Below are positions 9,617 to 19,637 of a stretch of DNA of 64,000 bases, piece by piece. The stretch's first letter is position 1. The number at the start of each line of letters is the position of its first letter. Location: positions 24,564-88,563 of the forward strand of contig JAOIUY010000006.1 of the NCBI GenBank assembly GCA_028223755.1. The letters are read 5' to 3'. A model generated the notes under the pieces. The model had not been told where the DNA came from. It searched no databases and saw only the letters and a program-made list of their open reading frames with translations. The position numbers were made by a program, and so were the translations under genes. This DNA comes from Pseudomonadales bacterium. GTDB lineage: Bacteria > Pseudomonadota > Gammaproteobacteria > Pseudomonadales > UBA7434.

Positions 9617-12094
9617 ATGAATATTAAATTAAGCCTTTCTGGCTTACTTTGCGGCACCGTTTTTTTATTAACAAGCAGCATGAGTTTGGCGCAAACACCA
9701 ACAGCCGCTCAAATAGAACAGTTTAAAAGCTTGCCTGCTGCACAGCAGCAAGCATTAGCCAGGCAATACGGTGTTGATTTAGACGCCTTAAGTAAAACCA
9801 AACATGCGCAGCCTAATTTAAAGCAGGCTGCTAGTGGTCATGCTCGTCGAGCGGCAAGCACCGCTGGGGAAACAGCGATAGAAAAAAATGCAGTAGAGGC
9901 CAGTAATAAAGTTAACCTTGCTGAAGTAAAAGAGGAAAAAGTTACTAAGCAACAGCTTAAACAGTTTGGTTATGAATTGTTTGACGGAACGCCTGGCAGT
10001 TTTATGCCGGCCACCGACATACCTATTCCCTCAGAATATGTCATGGGCCCTGGCGATAATATTATTGTTCAGTTGTACGGTAAAGAAAACCAAAGTTACG
10101 CGCTCACCATTAATCGCGAAGGTGAAATTCAGTTTCCTAATTTAGGACCAATGGTTGTAGCGGGGTTAAGTTTTACCGATGTAAAGGCATTAATAGGCAC
10201 GATGGTTTCGGAACAAATGATAGGGGTAAAGGTCTCTGTTACGGTCGGCGCTTTGCGCTCAATTCGTATATTTATATTAGGTGCAGCTAAGCTGCCAGGC
10301 TCATATACGATTAATTCGCTGTCTACTATGACCAATGCATTATTTGCCAGTGGTGGTATTTCAAAAGCGGGTTCGCTGCGTAATATTCAATTAAAGCGTG
10401 GCGGCAAATTAGTCACTAGTTTAGATTTGTATGACCTGCTATTAAGCGGTGATACTTCAAGCGATACGCGATTATTACCAGGCGATGTTATTTTTATTCC
10501 ATCGATTGGTAAAACCGTGGGTGTCAGTGGGGAAGTACGTAGGCCAGCCATTTATGAATTAAAAGATGAAACAACAAGCGAGCAGGTAGTGGCATTAGCT
10601 GGTGGTTTTTTACCAACGGCTTATCCGCAAGTGTCACGCATAGAGCGTATTAACAGTCGTGGTGAGCGAACGCTAGTTGATGTTGACCTTAAGAGTAAGC
10701 AGGGCAAAAGTTTACCTATAAGGGACGCTGATATTTTGCAGGTGTTTTCTGTACTCAACACGATGGAAGACATTGTTGTAATAGAAGGACATATTAAGCG
10801 GCCGGGTGGTTCGGCGTGGCGAGCAGGTTTGTCTTTTAGCGATATCGTAAGTGGTGCTGATGCGTTGTTACCCAATGCCGATTTGAATGCGGCATTAATC
10901 GTTAGCGAGTTAGAGCCAACGCAGCAAATAGAGGTAAAGTTTTTTAGTCCTGCTGCTGCGTTTGCATCGCCACGCAGTGCAAGCGACCCAGTATTAAATG
11001 CGAGAGACAAAGTTTTAATTTTTGATTTTCAAAGTAACCGAGCAACTGTTTTAAAAGATATTGTTAAGCGTTTAGCGGTGCAAGCAAATGGTAACCAGCG
11101 TCGGCAGCTTGTATCCATTAATGGCAGTGTGCGATTTCCTGGCCAGTATCCATTGGTCAGCAATGCTAGCGCTAATGACATTATTGCGTTAGCGGGTGGG
11201 TTAACCGATAGAGCGTTTAGTTTAGGCGCGGAAATAACGCGATACGTATTTGATGAGCAACAACAACAAGTCACCGAGCATATTAATATTGATTTAAAAA
11301 GCGCGGCTGGTTATAGCCTTGTGCCCGAGGATGCAATACAAATTAAGCATCTACCGAGTTGGGTAGGTACAGAAACCATAGAGCTTGAAGGTGAGGTGGT
11401 TTTCCCTGGCACTTACACTATTCAGCGAGGTGAGACGTTATCGCAAGTTATTCAGCGTGCGGGTGGTCTTACCGAATATGCCTTTATAGAAGCGAGTATT
11501 TTTTCGCGTGCGCAATTACGTAGCTTAGAAGCGCAGCGGCTTAAAGAATTAAAGCAGCAGCTTACAGCGGATATAGCGGCGGCGAATTTACAAGAGCAAA
11601 GTGTTGATGGTGATACCCAGCTCGACACGCAGAATTTGTTAAGCACAATGGAAGGTATGCGACCCACTGGGCGAATGGTTATAGATTTAGCCAATATTAT
11701 TAAAATGCCAGAGCAGCATGATGTGGTATTAAAAAATGGTGACCGTTTAACTGTGCCAAAGCAAAGTCAGTCGGTAACTGTTGTTGGTGAAGTGCAATAT
11801 GCAACATCACATATATTTGAAAGTAAGCTATCGGTTAATGATTATATTGAGCGCAGTGGTGGCACAAATATTAAAGCCGATAAAAAACGTATTTATGTGG
11901 TTAGGGCTAACGGTAGTGTATTTTTACCTAGTGAGTCACGTTGGTTTAAGCGTGGTGATAGTGCAATTCAACCTGGCGATACAGTAGTGGTGCCGTTGGA
12001 TGCGGATAGGATGAAGAAATTGACGTTGTGGGCTAGTATCTCTGAGATTGTTTATCGGATGGCATTGGGTGCTGCGGCTGTGGCGAGTTTTTAA
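9617..12094 (+). CDS. Large polysaccharide export protein (Poly_export domain plus multiple SLBB domains; Wza/KpsD/OtnA-like)
   Basis: Signal peptide; the block GPGDNIIVQLYGKENQ..GEIQFPNLGPMVVAGLSFTD is a Poly_export motif; several repeats of PGxY.. / GG.t..A type are SLBB-like; amphipathic C-terminus ends in F. Confidence 0.8.
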   Translation: MNIKLSLSGLLCGTVFLLTSSMSLAQTPTAAQIEQFKSLPAAQQQALARQYGVDLDALSKTKHAQPNLKQAASGHARRAASTAGETAIEKNAVEASNKVNLAEVKEEKVTKQQLKQFGYELFDGTPGSFMPATDIPIPSEYVMGPGDNIIVQLYGKENQSYALTINREGEIQFPNLGPMVVAGLSFTDVKALIGTMVSEQMIGVKVSVTVGALRSIRIFILGAAKLPGSYTINSLSTMTNALFASGGISKAGSLRNIQLKRGGKLVTSLDLYDLLLSGDTSSDTRLLPGDVIFIPSIGKTVGVSGEVRRPAIYELKDETTSEQVVALAGGFLPTAYPQVSRIERINSRGERTLVDVDLKSKQGKSLPIRDADILQVFSVLNTMEDIVVIEGHIKRPGGSAWRAGLSFSDIVSGADALLPNADLNAALIVSELEPTQQIEVKFFSPAAAFASPRSASDPVLNARDKVLIFDFQSNRATVLKDIVKRLAVQANGNQRRQLVSINGSVRFPGQYPLVSNASANDIIALAGGLTDRAFSLGAEITRYVFDEQQQQVTEHINIDLKSAAGYSLVPEDAIQIKHLPSWVGTETIELEGEVVFPGTYTIQRGETLSQVIQRAGGLTEYAFIEASIFSRAQLRSLEAQRLKELKQQLTADIAAANLQEQSVDGDTQLDTQNLLSTMEGMRPTGRMVIDLANIIKMPEQHDVVLKNGDRLTVPKQSQSVTVVGEVQYATSHIFESKLSVNDYIERSGGTNIKADKKRIYVVRANGSVFLPSESRWFKRGDSAIQPGDTVVVPLDADRMKKLTLWASISEIVYRMALGAAAVASF

Positions 12095-12144
12095 ACTTTT
12101 AATTTTGATTGTTAACAAAATCAACCAGAGAGCCGAGGTGTAGA

Positions 12145-13539
12145 ATGAATATCCGAGCAGTAATTATGGCAGGAGGGTCTGGTGCTCGACTTTGGCCATT
12201 GTCAAGAGCGGCATATCCTAAGCAGTTTCTGACATTATGTGGTGAAAAAACTATGCTTCAGTCGACAATAGATCGAATATCTGAGTTGGGTATCCAGTCA
12301 ATTACGATCATATGTAATGAAGAGCATCGTTTTCTCGTCGCTGAGCAGTTAAAAGAGGGAAGTTGTCGTAGTTCCATTATTCTTGAGCCAATTATGCGGA
12401 ATACCGCTCCGGCCGTAGCGCTCGCAGCGCTTGAGGTAAAAGATGATCCCATATTGTTAGTTTTAGCGGCTGATCATGTAATAGAGGATCAGGCTGCTTT
12501 TAATCTGGCTGTGTCAAAGGGTATTCCTTTCGCAAAGTCAGGAAAGCTAGTGTTGTTTGGTATGAAGCCAATAGAGCCACATGCTGGGTATGGTTATATT
12601 AAGAAAGGTGGTCAGATAGGTGAAGGATTTAAGGTTGATGATTTTATAGAAAAACAAGTCTTAGATGAGGCTGAAAATTATGTCTCTTCTGGGGAGTATT
12701 ATTGGAATAGTGAGATGTTTATGTTTAGAGCAAGTAGATATCTAGAAGAGTTAGAAAAATTTGAGCCTGATGTTTACAGAGCCTGTAAAGCTTCGATGGA
12801 AGACTCAAAAACTGATATGGATTTTTTAAGAATAGATGTTGAAAATTTTAAGTTAAGTCCGAGTGTTTCAGTTGATTTTGCTATTATGGAGAAAGCTACA
12901 GATAAAGTTGTGGTGCCCATGGATGCTAAATGGAGTGATATAGGATCTTGGTCTTCACTATGGGGGATAAGTGAGAAGGATGCAGATGGAAATGTATCGA
13001 ACGGAGATGTCATGCTGCATGACGCTAAGAATTCTTATATTAAAACGGATGGTAAATTAGTGGCAGCAATTGGGGTGGATGATTTAATTATTGTTTCAAC
13101 TAAAGATGTTGTAATGGTTGCGCATAAGGATAGTGTGCAAGAAGTAAAAGAAGTTGCTAAGAGATTAAAAGGAGAGTCTAGAAATGAGTGGAGACAACAC
13201 AGAGAGGTTTATCGGCCATGGGGTAAATATGACTCTATCGATAATGGCGAGCGTTATCAGGCTAAGCGGATTACGGTTAAGCCAGGTGAAAAATTAAGTA
13301 CGCAAATGCATCACCATAGAGCGGAGCATTGGGTGGTTGTTTTGGGTACGGCAAAAGTCACGAATGGAGAAAAAATATTCTTGCTATCCGAAAATGAGTC
13401 TACATACATTCCCTCTGGTGTGGTGCATTCACTTGAGAATGTAGGGAAGATTGATTTGGAGGTGATAGAGGTTCAAACAGGAGGTTATCTTTGTGAAGAT
13501 GATATTGTAAGATTTGAAGATGCTTATGGTCGGTCATAA
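12145..13539 (+). CDS. manC: Mannose-1-phosphate guanylyltransferase / mannose-6-phosphate isomerase
   Basis: [16 protein letters not shown] nucleotidyltransferase motif; C-terminal cupin [14 protein letters not shown]; GAGGTG Shine-Dalgarno sequence before ATG 12145 (the ORF track starts at 12109). Confidence 0.9.
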   Translation: MNIRAVIMAGGSGARLWPLSRAAYPKQFLTLCGEKTMLQSTIDRISELGIQSITIICNEEHRFLVAEQLKEGSCRSSIILEPIMRNTAPAVALAALEVKDDPILLVLAADHVIEDQAAFNLAVSKGIPFAKSGKLVLFGMKPIEPHAGYGYIKKGGQIGEGFKVDDFIEKQVLDEAENYVSSGEYYWNSEMFMFRASRYLEELEKFEPDVYRACKASMEDSKTDMDFLRIDVENFKLSPSVSVDFAIMEKATDKVVVPMDAKWSDIGSWSSLWGISEKDADGNVSNGDVMLHDAKNSYIKTDGKLVAAIGVDDLIIVSTKDVVMVAHKDSVQEVKEVAKRLKGESRNEWRQHREVYRPWGKYDSIDNGERYQAKRITVKPGEKLSTQMHHHRAEHWVVVLGTAKVTNGEKIFLLSENESTYIPSGVVHSLENVGKIDLEVIEVQTGGYLCEDDIVRFEDAYGRS

Positions 13540-13622
13540 ATAAATATAACGGTTTTTTTGGCAAGTACTGGTATATTTAAAAGTGTTCGTCAGTATTTAA
13601 AATTAATAAATGGTAAAGAATT

Positions 13623-14705
13623 ATGGATGTAAAAAAATCACCTAGAGTTGCTGTTGTATCTGGCCAGTGGGGGCAAAATATAGGTAACGCCTTTTTTAAT
13701 TTGGGTGGATTTTATTTAATGGAGCAGGTTTTTGGACCTGACAGCGTTGGCTTTTTTCAGGATCAGCCAAACTATCGAACTCTACATAATAAATTCGAAG
13801 GTAACCCAGAAAATTATATAGATTTTGTTCGATATTTGGATATTGAATATCTAGTTCTTCAAGGCCCTGTTTTAAATAGCTGGATGAATAAAAGCTGGGA
13901 AAAAACTTTTAAAGAATTAAAGAAATCAGGTGTGAAAATAATTCTTAACTCATGTGCATTTTTTAAATTCACTAGCTCTGAAATCTCTTCAGTAAAGAAT
14001 TTTCTTGAAGAGTACCCTCCGCATTTAATATTAACTCGTGATTCGCGGACATATGAGATCCTGAAAGGCTGGATCCCAGAAGTACCAAAATACGATGGAA
14101 TAGATGCTGGATTCTTTTTAAATAGGGCAGTAAAACCTTTTTCTACTAAATCAGATTGTCAGTATATGGTATCTAATTTTGATAGGTATCCAGAACCGAA
14201 TATAAGTGTGGGTGACAGACCGAAAGCAAGAATGAATGCATTAGAAGTCATATTTAAAAATCAAAAAATATGGCTCGAAACGCCAAAATTTCAAAATTTT
14301 ACTGCGCATAAATCAAAAATATGGAGCTATTTGGGTGACTTATTTGACCGAAGGAGGCTGCCTAATGAGTTTATTGATTTAAAAATAATCAGACCAGAAC
14401 ATCGTTATTATCCTCATATGACGCATAAAATTTATCGCCAGCCTAATTCTTTATCATCAGATGAGCCTTGGACTTATATTAGTATTTATTCTAATAGTAA
14501 TTTGACTCTATCTGACCGAGTCCATGCCTGTGTTGCGACGTTGGCTTTTGGGAATCCAGCTATGCTTTTTACACCTTCGCCGCGCTCTGCATTATTTGGT
14601 CGTGTCGGTTTGGGGGATATTTCGAAAAAAATAGTAGAGCTTGATATGAGTTTTTTATCTGATGAGCAAGAGAATCAAATATCTTGGCTCAAAGATAATG
14701 TTTAA
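13623..14705 (+). CDS. Hypothetical protein, possibly polysaccharide pyruvyl-transferase-like
   Basis: The N-terminal GQNIGNAFFNLGG and C-terminal LSDRVHACVATLAFGNPAMLF resemble the two conserved ends of PS_pyruv_trans proteins. The match is weak and from recall only. Confidence 0.4.
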   Translation: MDVKKSPRVAVVSGQWGQNIGNAFFNLGGFYLMEQVFGPDSVGFFQDQPNYRTLHNKFEGNPENYIDFVRYLDIEYLVLQGPVLNSWMNKSWEKTFKELKKSGVKIILNSCAFFKFTSSEISSVKNFLEEYPPHLILTRDSRTYEILKGWIPEVPKYDGIDAGFFLNRAVKPFSTKSDCQYMVSNFDRYPEPNISVGDRPKARMNALEVIFKNQKIWLETPKFQNFTAHKSKIWSYLGDLFDRRRLPNEFIDLKIIRPEHRYYPHMTHKIYRQPNSLSSDEPWTYISIYSNSNLTLSDRVHACVATLAFGNPAMLFTPSPRSALFGRVGLGDISKKIVELDMSFLSDEQENQISWLKDNV

Positions 14706-15969
14706 CTTTGGAGTAAATTTTACAGCGCTATACTCTATTGTCAGTAATTTTTCTATTAGGGGGGGCGGGGCGCTCCTTGAAATGTTCTTTGTCATTCTGG
14801 TTGCAAATAAACTTGGGCTGGAGAACTCTTCAAAGTATTTTGTTGCTTATTCAGTTTTCCTTGTGATGGTTGCTTTTTCTCGCGGGGGTGCAGATTTTAA
14901 GGTGGTAAGAGATATATCAAGATCTTGTAAGGTGGACAATCAGTATGAAATTAGGACTACTATACTAGAATCATTTTTCAAAGTTATTGTTTATAGTTTG
15001 ATGGTGTTTTTGTTGGCAAGGTTTTTGGATTCTCTAGGTTTTTTTGATTACTTTATAGGTAAGGACTCAGCAAGAATTCTGAATATTTTGATTTGGGCGA
15101 TAATGCCAGTGGCATTAATATTATTAAGCTCAGAGATATTTAGAGGTTACGGGCGTATACAGTTTTCTCAGCTAATCTATAGTTGGGTTATTTTAGGACC
15201 AACTATCCTATGGGTCTGTCTTCAAGAGACGTTTACTGCTATAGATCTTGTAAGATTTTACGTTGCCTCAAGTTATTGTGTTTTTTTGATAGTTCTTTTT
15301 TTTGTTTTACGGCGTATAAATTTCAAGAAAAAAGGTGATTTTCGGCTAAATATTTTAATGCTGAGGTTTGATTTTTTTTTTCTCATAAGAATAGCTATAT
15401 TGATTTCAGCTGGGCTCCCGATTTGGATTATTAATTTTTTTGGGGATGAATCTGTTGGTTTATTTATAGTTGCAAATCGTTTCGCAATGGGTGTTACGTT
15501 GGCACTTGTAGCTATAGAGGCGTCAGCCGGACCAAAATTTGCGAGGATGTATGGAAACGATACAATAAATATGCTCTGTAAATCGCTTAGAGATACACAG
15601 TATATGGCTTTCATGCTAAGTGTTATCGTTGGAGTTGTATTGGTATTTTTTTCATCTTTGGTTGCTGAATATTTGAGTATAGAATCTGAAAAAAACTTCA
15701 CTATTATTTCAGGGATTTTGATTATTGGCTATATAGTGAATGGATACTTTGCACCAATTGGTACTTTTTTCCAGATGACCTTCAATGAAAAGTTGGCTTT
15801 ATATGCTTATCTTAAGGCTACTTTTTTTGGATTTTTTATCTTGGTTTTTCTGTTAACAGTTTTTGGAGCGGTAGGCCTTGCTGTTGGTTGTGTCTTGGTT
15901 TTTTTTATAAGAGGCTTGGAATTAAATAAAATGTACATAAAGAAATTTGAGGTGAAGAAACATTATTAA
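14698..15969 (+). CDS. wzx: Polysaccharide flippase (MOP/Wzx-like, multi-TM)
   Basis: About 12 hydrophobic segments, in a capsule-locus context. The ORF is open from 14662. ATG 14698 gives an ATGTTTAA overlap with the upstream stop. Confidence 0.6.
   Translation: MFNFGVNFTALYSIVSNFSIRGGGALLEMFFVILVANKLGLENSSKYFVAYSVFLVMVAFSRGGADFKVVRDISRSCKVDNQYEIRTTILESFFKVIVYSLMVFLLARFLDSLGFFDYFIGKDSARILNILIWAIMPVALILLSSEIFRGYGRIQFSQLIYSWVILGPTILWVCLQETFTAIDLVRFYVASSYCVFLIVLFFVLRRINFKKKGDFRLNILMLRFDFFFLIRIAILISAGLPIWIINFFGDESVGLFIVANRFAMGVTLALVAIEASAGPKFARMYGNDTINMLCKSLRDTQYMAFMLSVIVGVVLVFFSSLVAEYLSIESEKNFTIISGILIIGYIVNGYFAPIGTFFQMTFNEKLALYAYLKATFFGFFILVFLLTVFGAVGLAVGCVLVFFIRGLELNKMYIKKFEVKKHY
15372..15381 (+). 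repeat. T10 homopolymer inside wzx
   Basis: gat ttt ttt ttt ctc, encoding DFFFL. Counted directly. Confidence 0.9.
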
Positions 15970-16042
15970 TTTTTTTGCGGCTAAATCAGGTGATGGCTTT
16001 GCAATATCTACATTACCAGTTGCATGGTTTGTCTTAATATCG

Positions 16043-17227
16043 ATGTTTATCTGGGATCTTAATGACGCAACGGCGCCTTATTCAGTACCAAATGCACCTA
16101 TTTTTTTTATAGCTTTAACTTTCATACTTACTTATGCCTTTCTGAAACAATCTAAAATGGAGGGGTTGGCATTTGAGGCGAAAATAATGTTATGGCTTTT
16201 GGTTTCATGTGCGTTTTGTGGGGTTTTGATGACGCCATTGAGAGATGATTTTTATCTGAAATATTTTTTAAGTGACGCAGGTGTTATGTTTTTTTTTGGG
16301 ATAGCTTTTCTTGCATGTGCAGGTAATCGTCAAAAGCTTGAATCAGAAAATACTATAAAATATATCGCAATTCTTTACTCGGTATTTGCACTGATTGCAT
16401 ATTTATCGGCTGCTTTTAATTTGCGTCCTGAATATTGGTGGCATGGGAGGTGGGACCCTCCATATTGCCTTTTATTTGCATACCTTGGACTTAAGATTCG
16501 CTTAAGCCATAATATGACGACGACAATATTTTATTCCATACTATCTGCCCCTGCATTAATTCTAAGTTTTAGTTCGGGGAATCGAACTCAATTTTTTTTG
16601 GCGCTAATCTTTATTGCTGCACCTTGGGCTAATAAGTTTAAGTTTTATGCCATGCTGATATTTTTAATAGTAACCTTTTATGCTTTTATCATAGGTGGAG
16701 GTGGTATTGGTTGGGTTCGAGTTCTAATTGAGAATAGTAGGTTTGGATTATTACGGCTCGATGGTGACGCATCTCTATTAGGTAGATTTAATGAGTTGAG
16801 GGATATTTGGGTTCACATGGTTCAGCTTGGTAATGAATGGCAGCTTATACTGGGTCGTGGATTCGGTGCTACGTGGCAACAACTTACGGGTATCTCGCAG
16901 GAAAATATTATCGATAATGGCCCGACTATTCATTACATACATATGGGATTTGTAAATCTTAGTTATAGATATGGAATATTTGGTTTGGCTCTCTTTTCTT
17001 ATTTTACTTGGTTGATTGTTCGGAATGTGGGTGTTCTCTATTCAACGAGCACATGCTTCCCGTTGAAATTTTGGTATCTTTCGGCAGTTGGTTTTGTTGT
17101 AAATTTTTTTGTTCAGAATAGTATGTACGACCCGCCTGCGGTTATTGGTATCGCAGCATTTGTTACCCTTAATAATAAAAAATACTTACGCCAGGCTGAG
17201 GTAGGGTTTATCAGATGTTTGTCATAA
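16043..17227 (+). CDS. wzy: O-antigen/capsule repeat-unit polymerase (Wzy / O-antigen-ligase family)
   Basis: Multi-TM protein with a large loop and a GRGFGATW...IHYIHMGFVNLSYRYGIFG block resembling the Wzy_C motif. Confidence 0.55.
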   Translation: MFIWDLNDATAPYSVPNAPIFFIALTFILTYAFLKQSKMEGLAFEAKIMLWLLVSCAFCGVLMTPLRDDFYLKYFLSDAGVMFFFGIAFLACAGNRQKLESENTIKYIAILYSVFALIAYLSAAFNLRPEYWWHGRWDPPYCLLFAYLGLKIRLSHNMTTTIFYSILSAPALILSFSSGNRTQFFLALIFIAAPWANKFKFYAMLIFLIVTFYAFIIGGGGIGWVRVLIENSRFGLLRLDGDASLLGRFNELRDIWVHMVQLGNEWQLILGRGFGATWQQLTGISQENIIDNGPTIHYIHMGFVNLSYRYGIFGLALFSYFTWLIVRNVGVLYSTSTCFPLKFWYLSAVGFVVNFFVQNSMYDPPAVIGIAAFVTLNNKKYLRQAEVGFIRCLS

Positions 17228-17312
17228 GAAAAGTTATGGGTTTATTTTGTAGAATAAAATCATAAATTATTTTATGTGGTGATATTTTTTTAGAGTTCCT
17301 GTCAATTATTTA

Positions 17313-18512
17313 ATGAGAATGAGATTGTATATGTTAGTTGTTATTCATGATTATGCGGGGCACCCATTTCAAGTCGAACTGTCGAGGGCTCTTTCTCGTC
17401 GAGGCTATAGCGTGCATCATATTTTCTTTGCTGGAGATCAGGGGCCAAAGGGGGAAATGAAAAAAAAATCAGGTGACGGATATATTTTCTTTGAGCCGAT
17501 TGGTAGTTCGAAAAGTTATTCAAAAACAAATTTTCTAAAAAGAAGATTTTCTGATTTGGAATATGGGAAAGCGGTTGCTCGAAGATTGGCTGAATTGTCT
17601 CCAGATGTTGTTATTTCTGGTAACACTCCGACGGAGACTCAAGAAATAATCCTAAACATGTGTGGGTCGATTGGCACAAAATTTATTTATTGGTGTCAAG
17701 ACTTTTACTCAATTGCTGCAACAAGCATCCTGAAAAAGAAGCTGTTTTTTTTTGGGGTTATGGTTGGGAAGTATTATCAGCATCTAGAAAAGAGGCAGAT
17801 GTGTAGGTCTGAGCATATTATTCATATAACTGAAAGGTTTTGTATTCAGACAGATCTTTGGGGAATAAAGAGAGGGAAAATTTCGATCATTCCAAATTGG
17901 GGAGCCTTGCATGATATAAATGTGCTAACAAAAAATTCTAATTGGTCAAAAAGACATGGGTTAGACGAAAAACGAAAAAGAGCATTATATTCTGGCACCT
18001 TAGGATTAAAGCATAATCCTACTATGTTAGAAAAAGTCGCGCTGGATAACCCGGATATTGAGGTTGTGGTTGTGGCAAGTGGAGTTGGTTTCGACTATTT
18101 AGAAAGCAGGCAGACAGAAATACCGAATATAAAACTTTTTCCTTTGCAGCCCTTTTCAGAATTTGCGGAAGTATTATCGAGTGCAGATATTCTTTTAGCT
18201 GTAATTGAACGTGATGCGGGTGAGTTTTCTGTTCCTTCTAAAATTTTAAGTTATCTGTGTTCGGGTAGAGCGATCGTTTTGGCTGCGCCTATAGATAATT
18301 TAGCTTCTGTTATGGTTAATGATTCTAAGTCGGGATTAGTCGTTGAGTCTGATGATGATGAAGGTTTTTCTAAAGCGGTCTCTAGTTTGATGGGTGATTT
18401 TTGTTCTCGAGAATCGTCTGGAGTAAATGCAAGGAACTATGCTGAGAAAAATTTTGATATTGAAAAAATCACTGATAAATTTGAAAAAATTCTTGTCCGT
18501 ATTGCAAGTTAA
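17313..18512 (+). CDS. Glycosyltransferase, GT4 family, WcaI-like
   Basis: N-terminus HDYAGHPFQVELSRALSRRGYSVHH is typical of WcaI-type GTs; GT-B C-terminal half (E..P.K..SYL..G). The start is probably at ATG 17331. Confidence 0.75.
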   Translation: MRMRLYMLVVIHDYAGHPFQVELSRALSRRGYSVHHIFFAGDQGPKGEMKKKSGDGYIFFEPIGSSKSYSKTNFLKRRFSDLEYGKAVARRLAELSPDVVISGNTPTETQEIILNMCGSIGTKFIYWCQDFYSIAATSILKKKLFFFGVMVGKYYQHLEKRQMCRSEHIIHITERFCIQTDLWGIKRGKISIIPNWGALHDINVLTKNSNWSKRHGLDEKRKRALYSGTLGLKHNPTMLEKVALDNPDIEVVVVASGVGFDYLESRQTEIPNIKLFPLQPFSEFAEVLSSADILLAVIERDAGEFSVPSKILSYLCSGRAIVLAAPIDNLASVMVNDSKSGLVVESDDDEGFSKAVSSLMGDFCSRESSGVNARNYAEKNFDIEKITDKFEKILVRIAS

Positions 18513-18610
18513 ATTAAGTGGACTCTAAATTTAAGTTTTAATAACATACTCTCTTGATTTAAGAGAGTTTTTTGTTTTATATTCAAAGACTATTATAAAG
18601 GATTAAAATT

Positions 18611-19579
18611 ATGAAAAAAGCAGTTGTATGTGGCGGTGGTGGATTTATTGGTGGGCATCTTGTTAGCCGTTTAAAAGAAGAGGGTTTTTGGGTTAGAGCT
18701 GTTGATTTAAAATTCCCTGAATATAATGAAACCTCAGCAGATGACTTTATACAAGGAGATCTTCGAGATATTAAAGTCTGCGAGAGAGTTTTTGATCAGC
18801 CTTTTGATGAGGTTTATCAGTTAGCTGCTGACATGGGTGGTGCTGGTTTTGTTTTTGTTGGGGATCACGATGCTGATATTATGCATAATTCCGCAACGAT
18901 CAATTTAAATGTTTTAGAAACATGCCGCAGACGAAACATTAAACGAATTTTTTATAGCTCATCTGCATGTATGTACCCAGAGCATAATCAGATGGATCCT
19001 GATAATCCTTTATGTTCTGAAGATTCTGCTTACCCCGCTGATCCTGATAGTGAATATGGCTGGGAAAAACTTTTTAGTGAACGGTTGTTTCTAGCGTATG
19101 GTAAGAATTATGGGATGGATGTAAGAGTGGGGCGTTACCATAATATTTTTGGTCCTTATGGTACCTGGGACGGTGGCCGAGAAAAGGCCCCTGCCGCATT
19201 TTGTAGAAAAGTGGCCCAGACTGAGGATGGTGGAGAAATCGAAATGTGGGGTGATGGCCTTCAAACAAGATCTTTCCTTTATGTAGATGAATGCTTGGAA
19301 GGAAGTATAAGGTTGATGAGAAGTGACTGGACGGGCCCTGTTAATATAGGTTCTGAAGAGATGGTCTCAATCAATGATCTTGCAAATTTAATTATGGATA
19401 TTGCGGGAAAATCTCAGTCAATTAAGCGCATACCGGGCCCGCTTGGAGTTCGAGGTCGTAATTCAGATAATAAATTAATAAGTGAGAGATTAGGTTGGAA
19501 GCCAAGCGCCCCTTTGCGGGAAGGTTTAATCAAAACCTACGAGTGGATTGCGGAGGAGGTGAAGCAGGCTATAAATTAG
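18611..19579 (+). CDS. gme: GDP-mannose 3,5-epimerase homologue (SDR fold)
   Basis: Long collinear identity to recalled plant GME: LAADMGGAGF, SSACMYPE, YGWEKL, GRYHNIFGPYGTWDGGREKAPAAFCRK, EMWGDGLQTRSF, PVNIGSEEMVS, IPGPLGVRGRNSDN. Confidence 0.85.
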   Translation: MKKAVVCGGGGFIGGHLVSRLKEEGFWVRAVDLKFPEYNETSADDFIQGDLRDIKVCERVFDQPFDEVYQLAADMGGAGFVFVGDHDADIMHNSATINLNVLETCRRRNIKRIFYSSSACMYPEHNQMDPDNPLCSEDSAYPADPDSEYGWEKLFSERLFLAYGKNYGMDVRVGRYHNIFGPYGTWDGGREKAPAAFCRKVAQTEDGGEIEMWGDGLQTRSFLYVDECLEGSIRLMRSDWTGPVNIGSEEMVSINDLANLIMDIAGKSQSIKRIPGPLGVRGRNSDNKLISERLGWKPSAPLREGLIKTYEWIAEEVKQAIN

Positions 19580-19637
19580 TTAGCTTTGGTGTCAGCTTAT
19601 GTTTTAATTTTTCAATTTCTTCTTAGAGATATTTATT

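Noticed and set aside
15273-15701. 142-aa ORF antisense to wzx.
   Set aside because: It is Lys/Ile/Phe-rich, as expected from reading poly-T/poly-A DNA backwards. The sense frame encodes a coherent multi-TM flippase.
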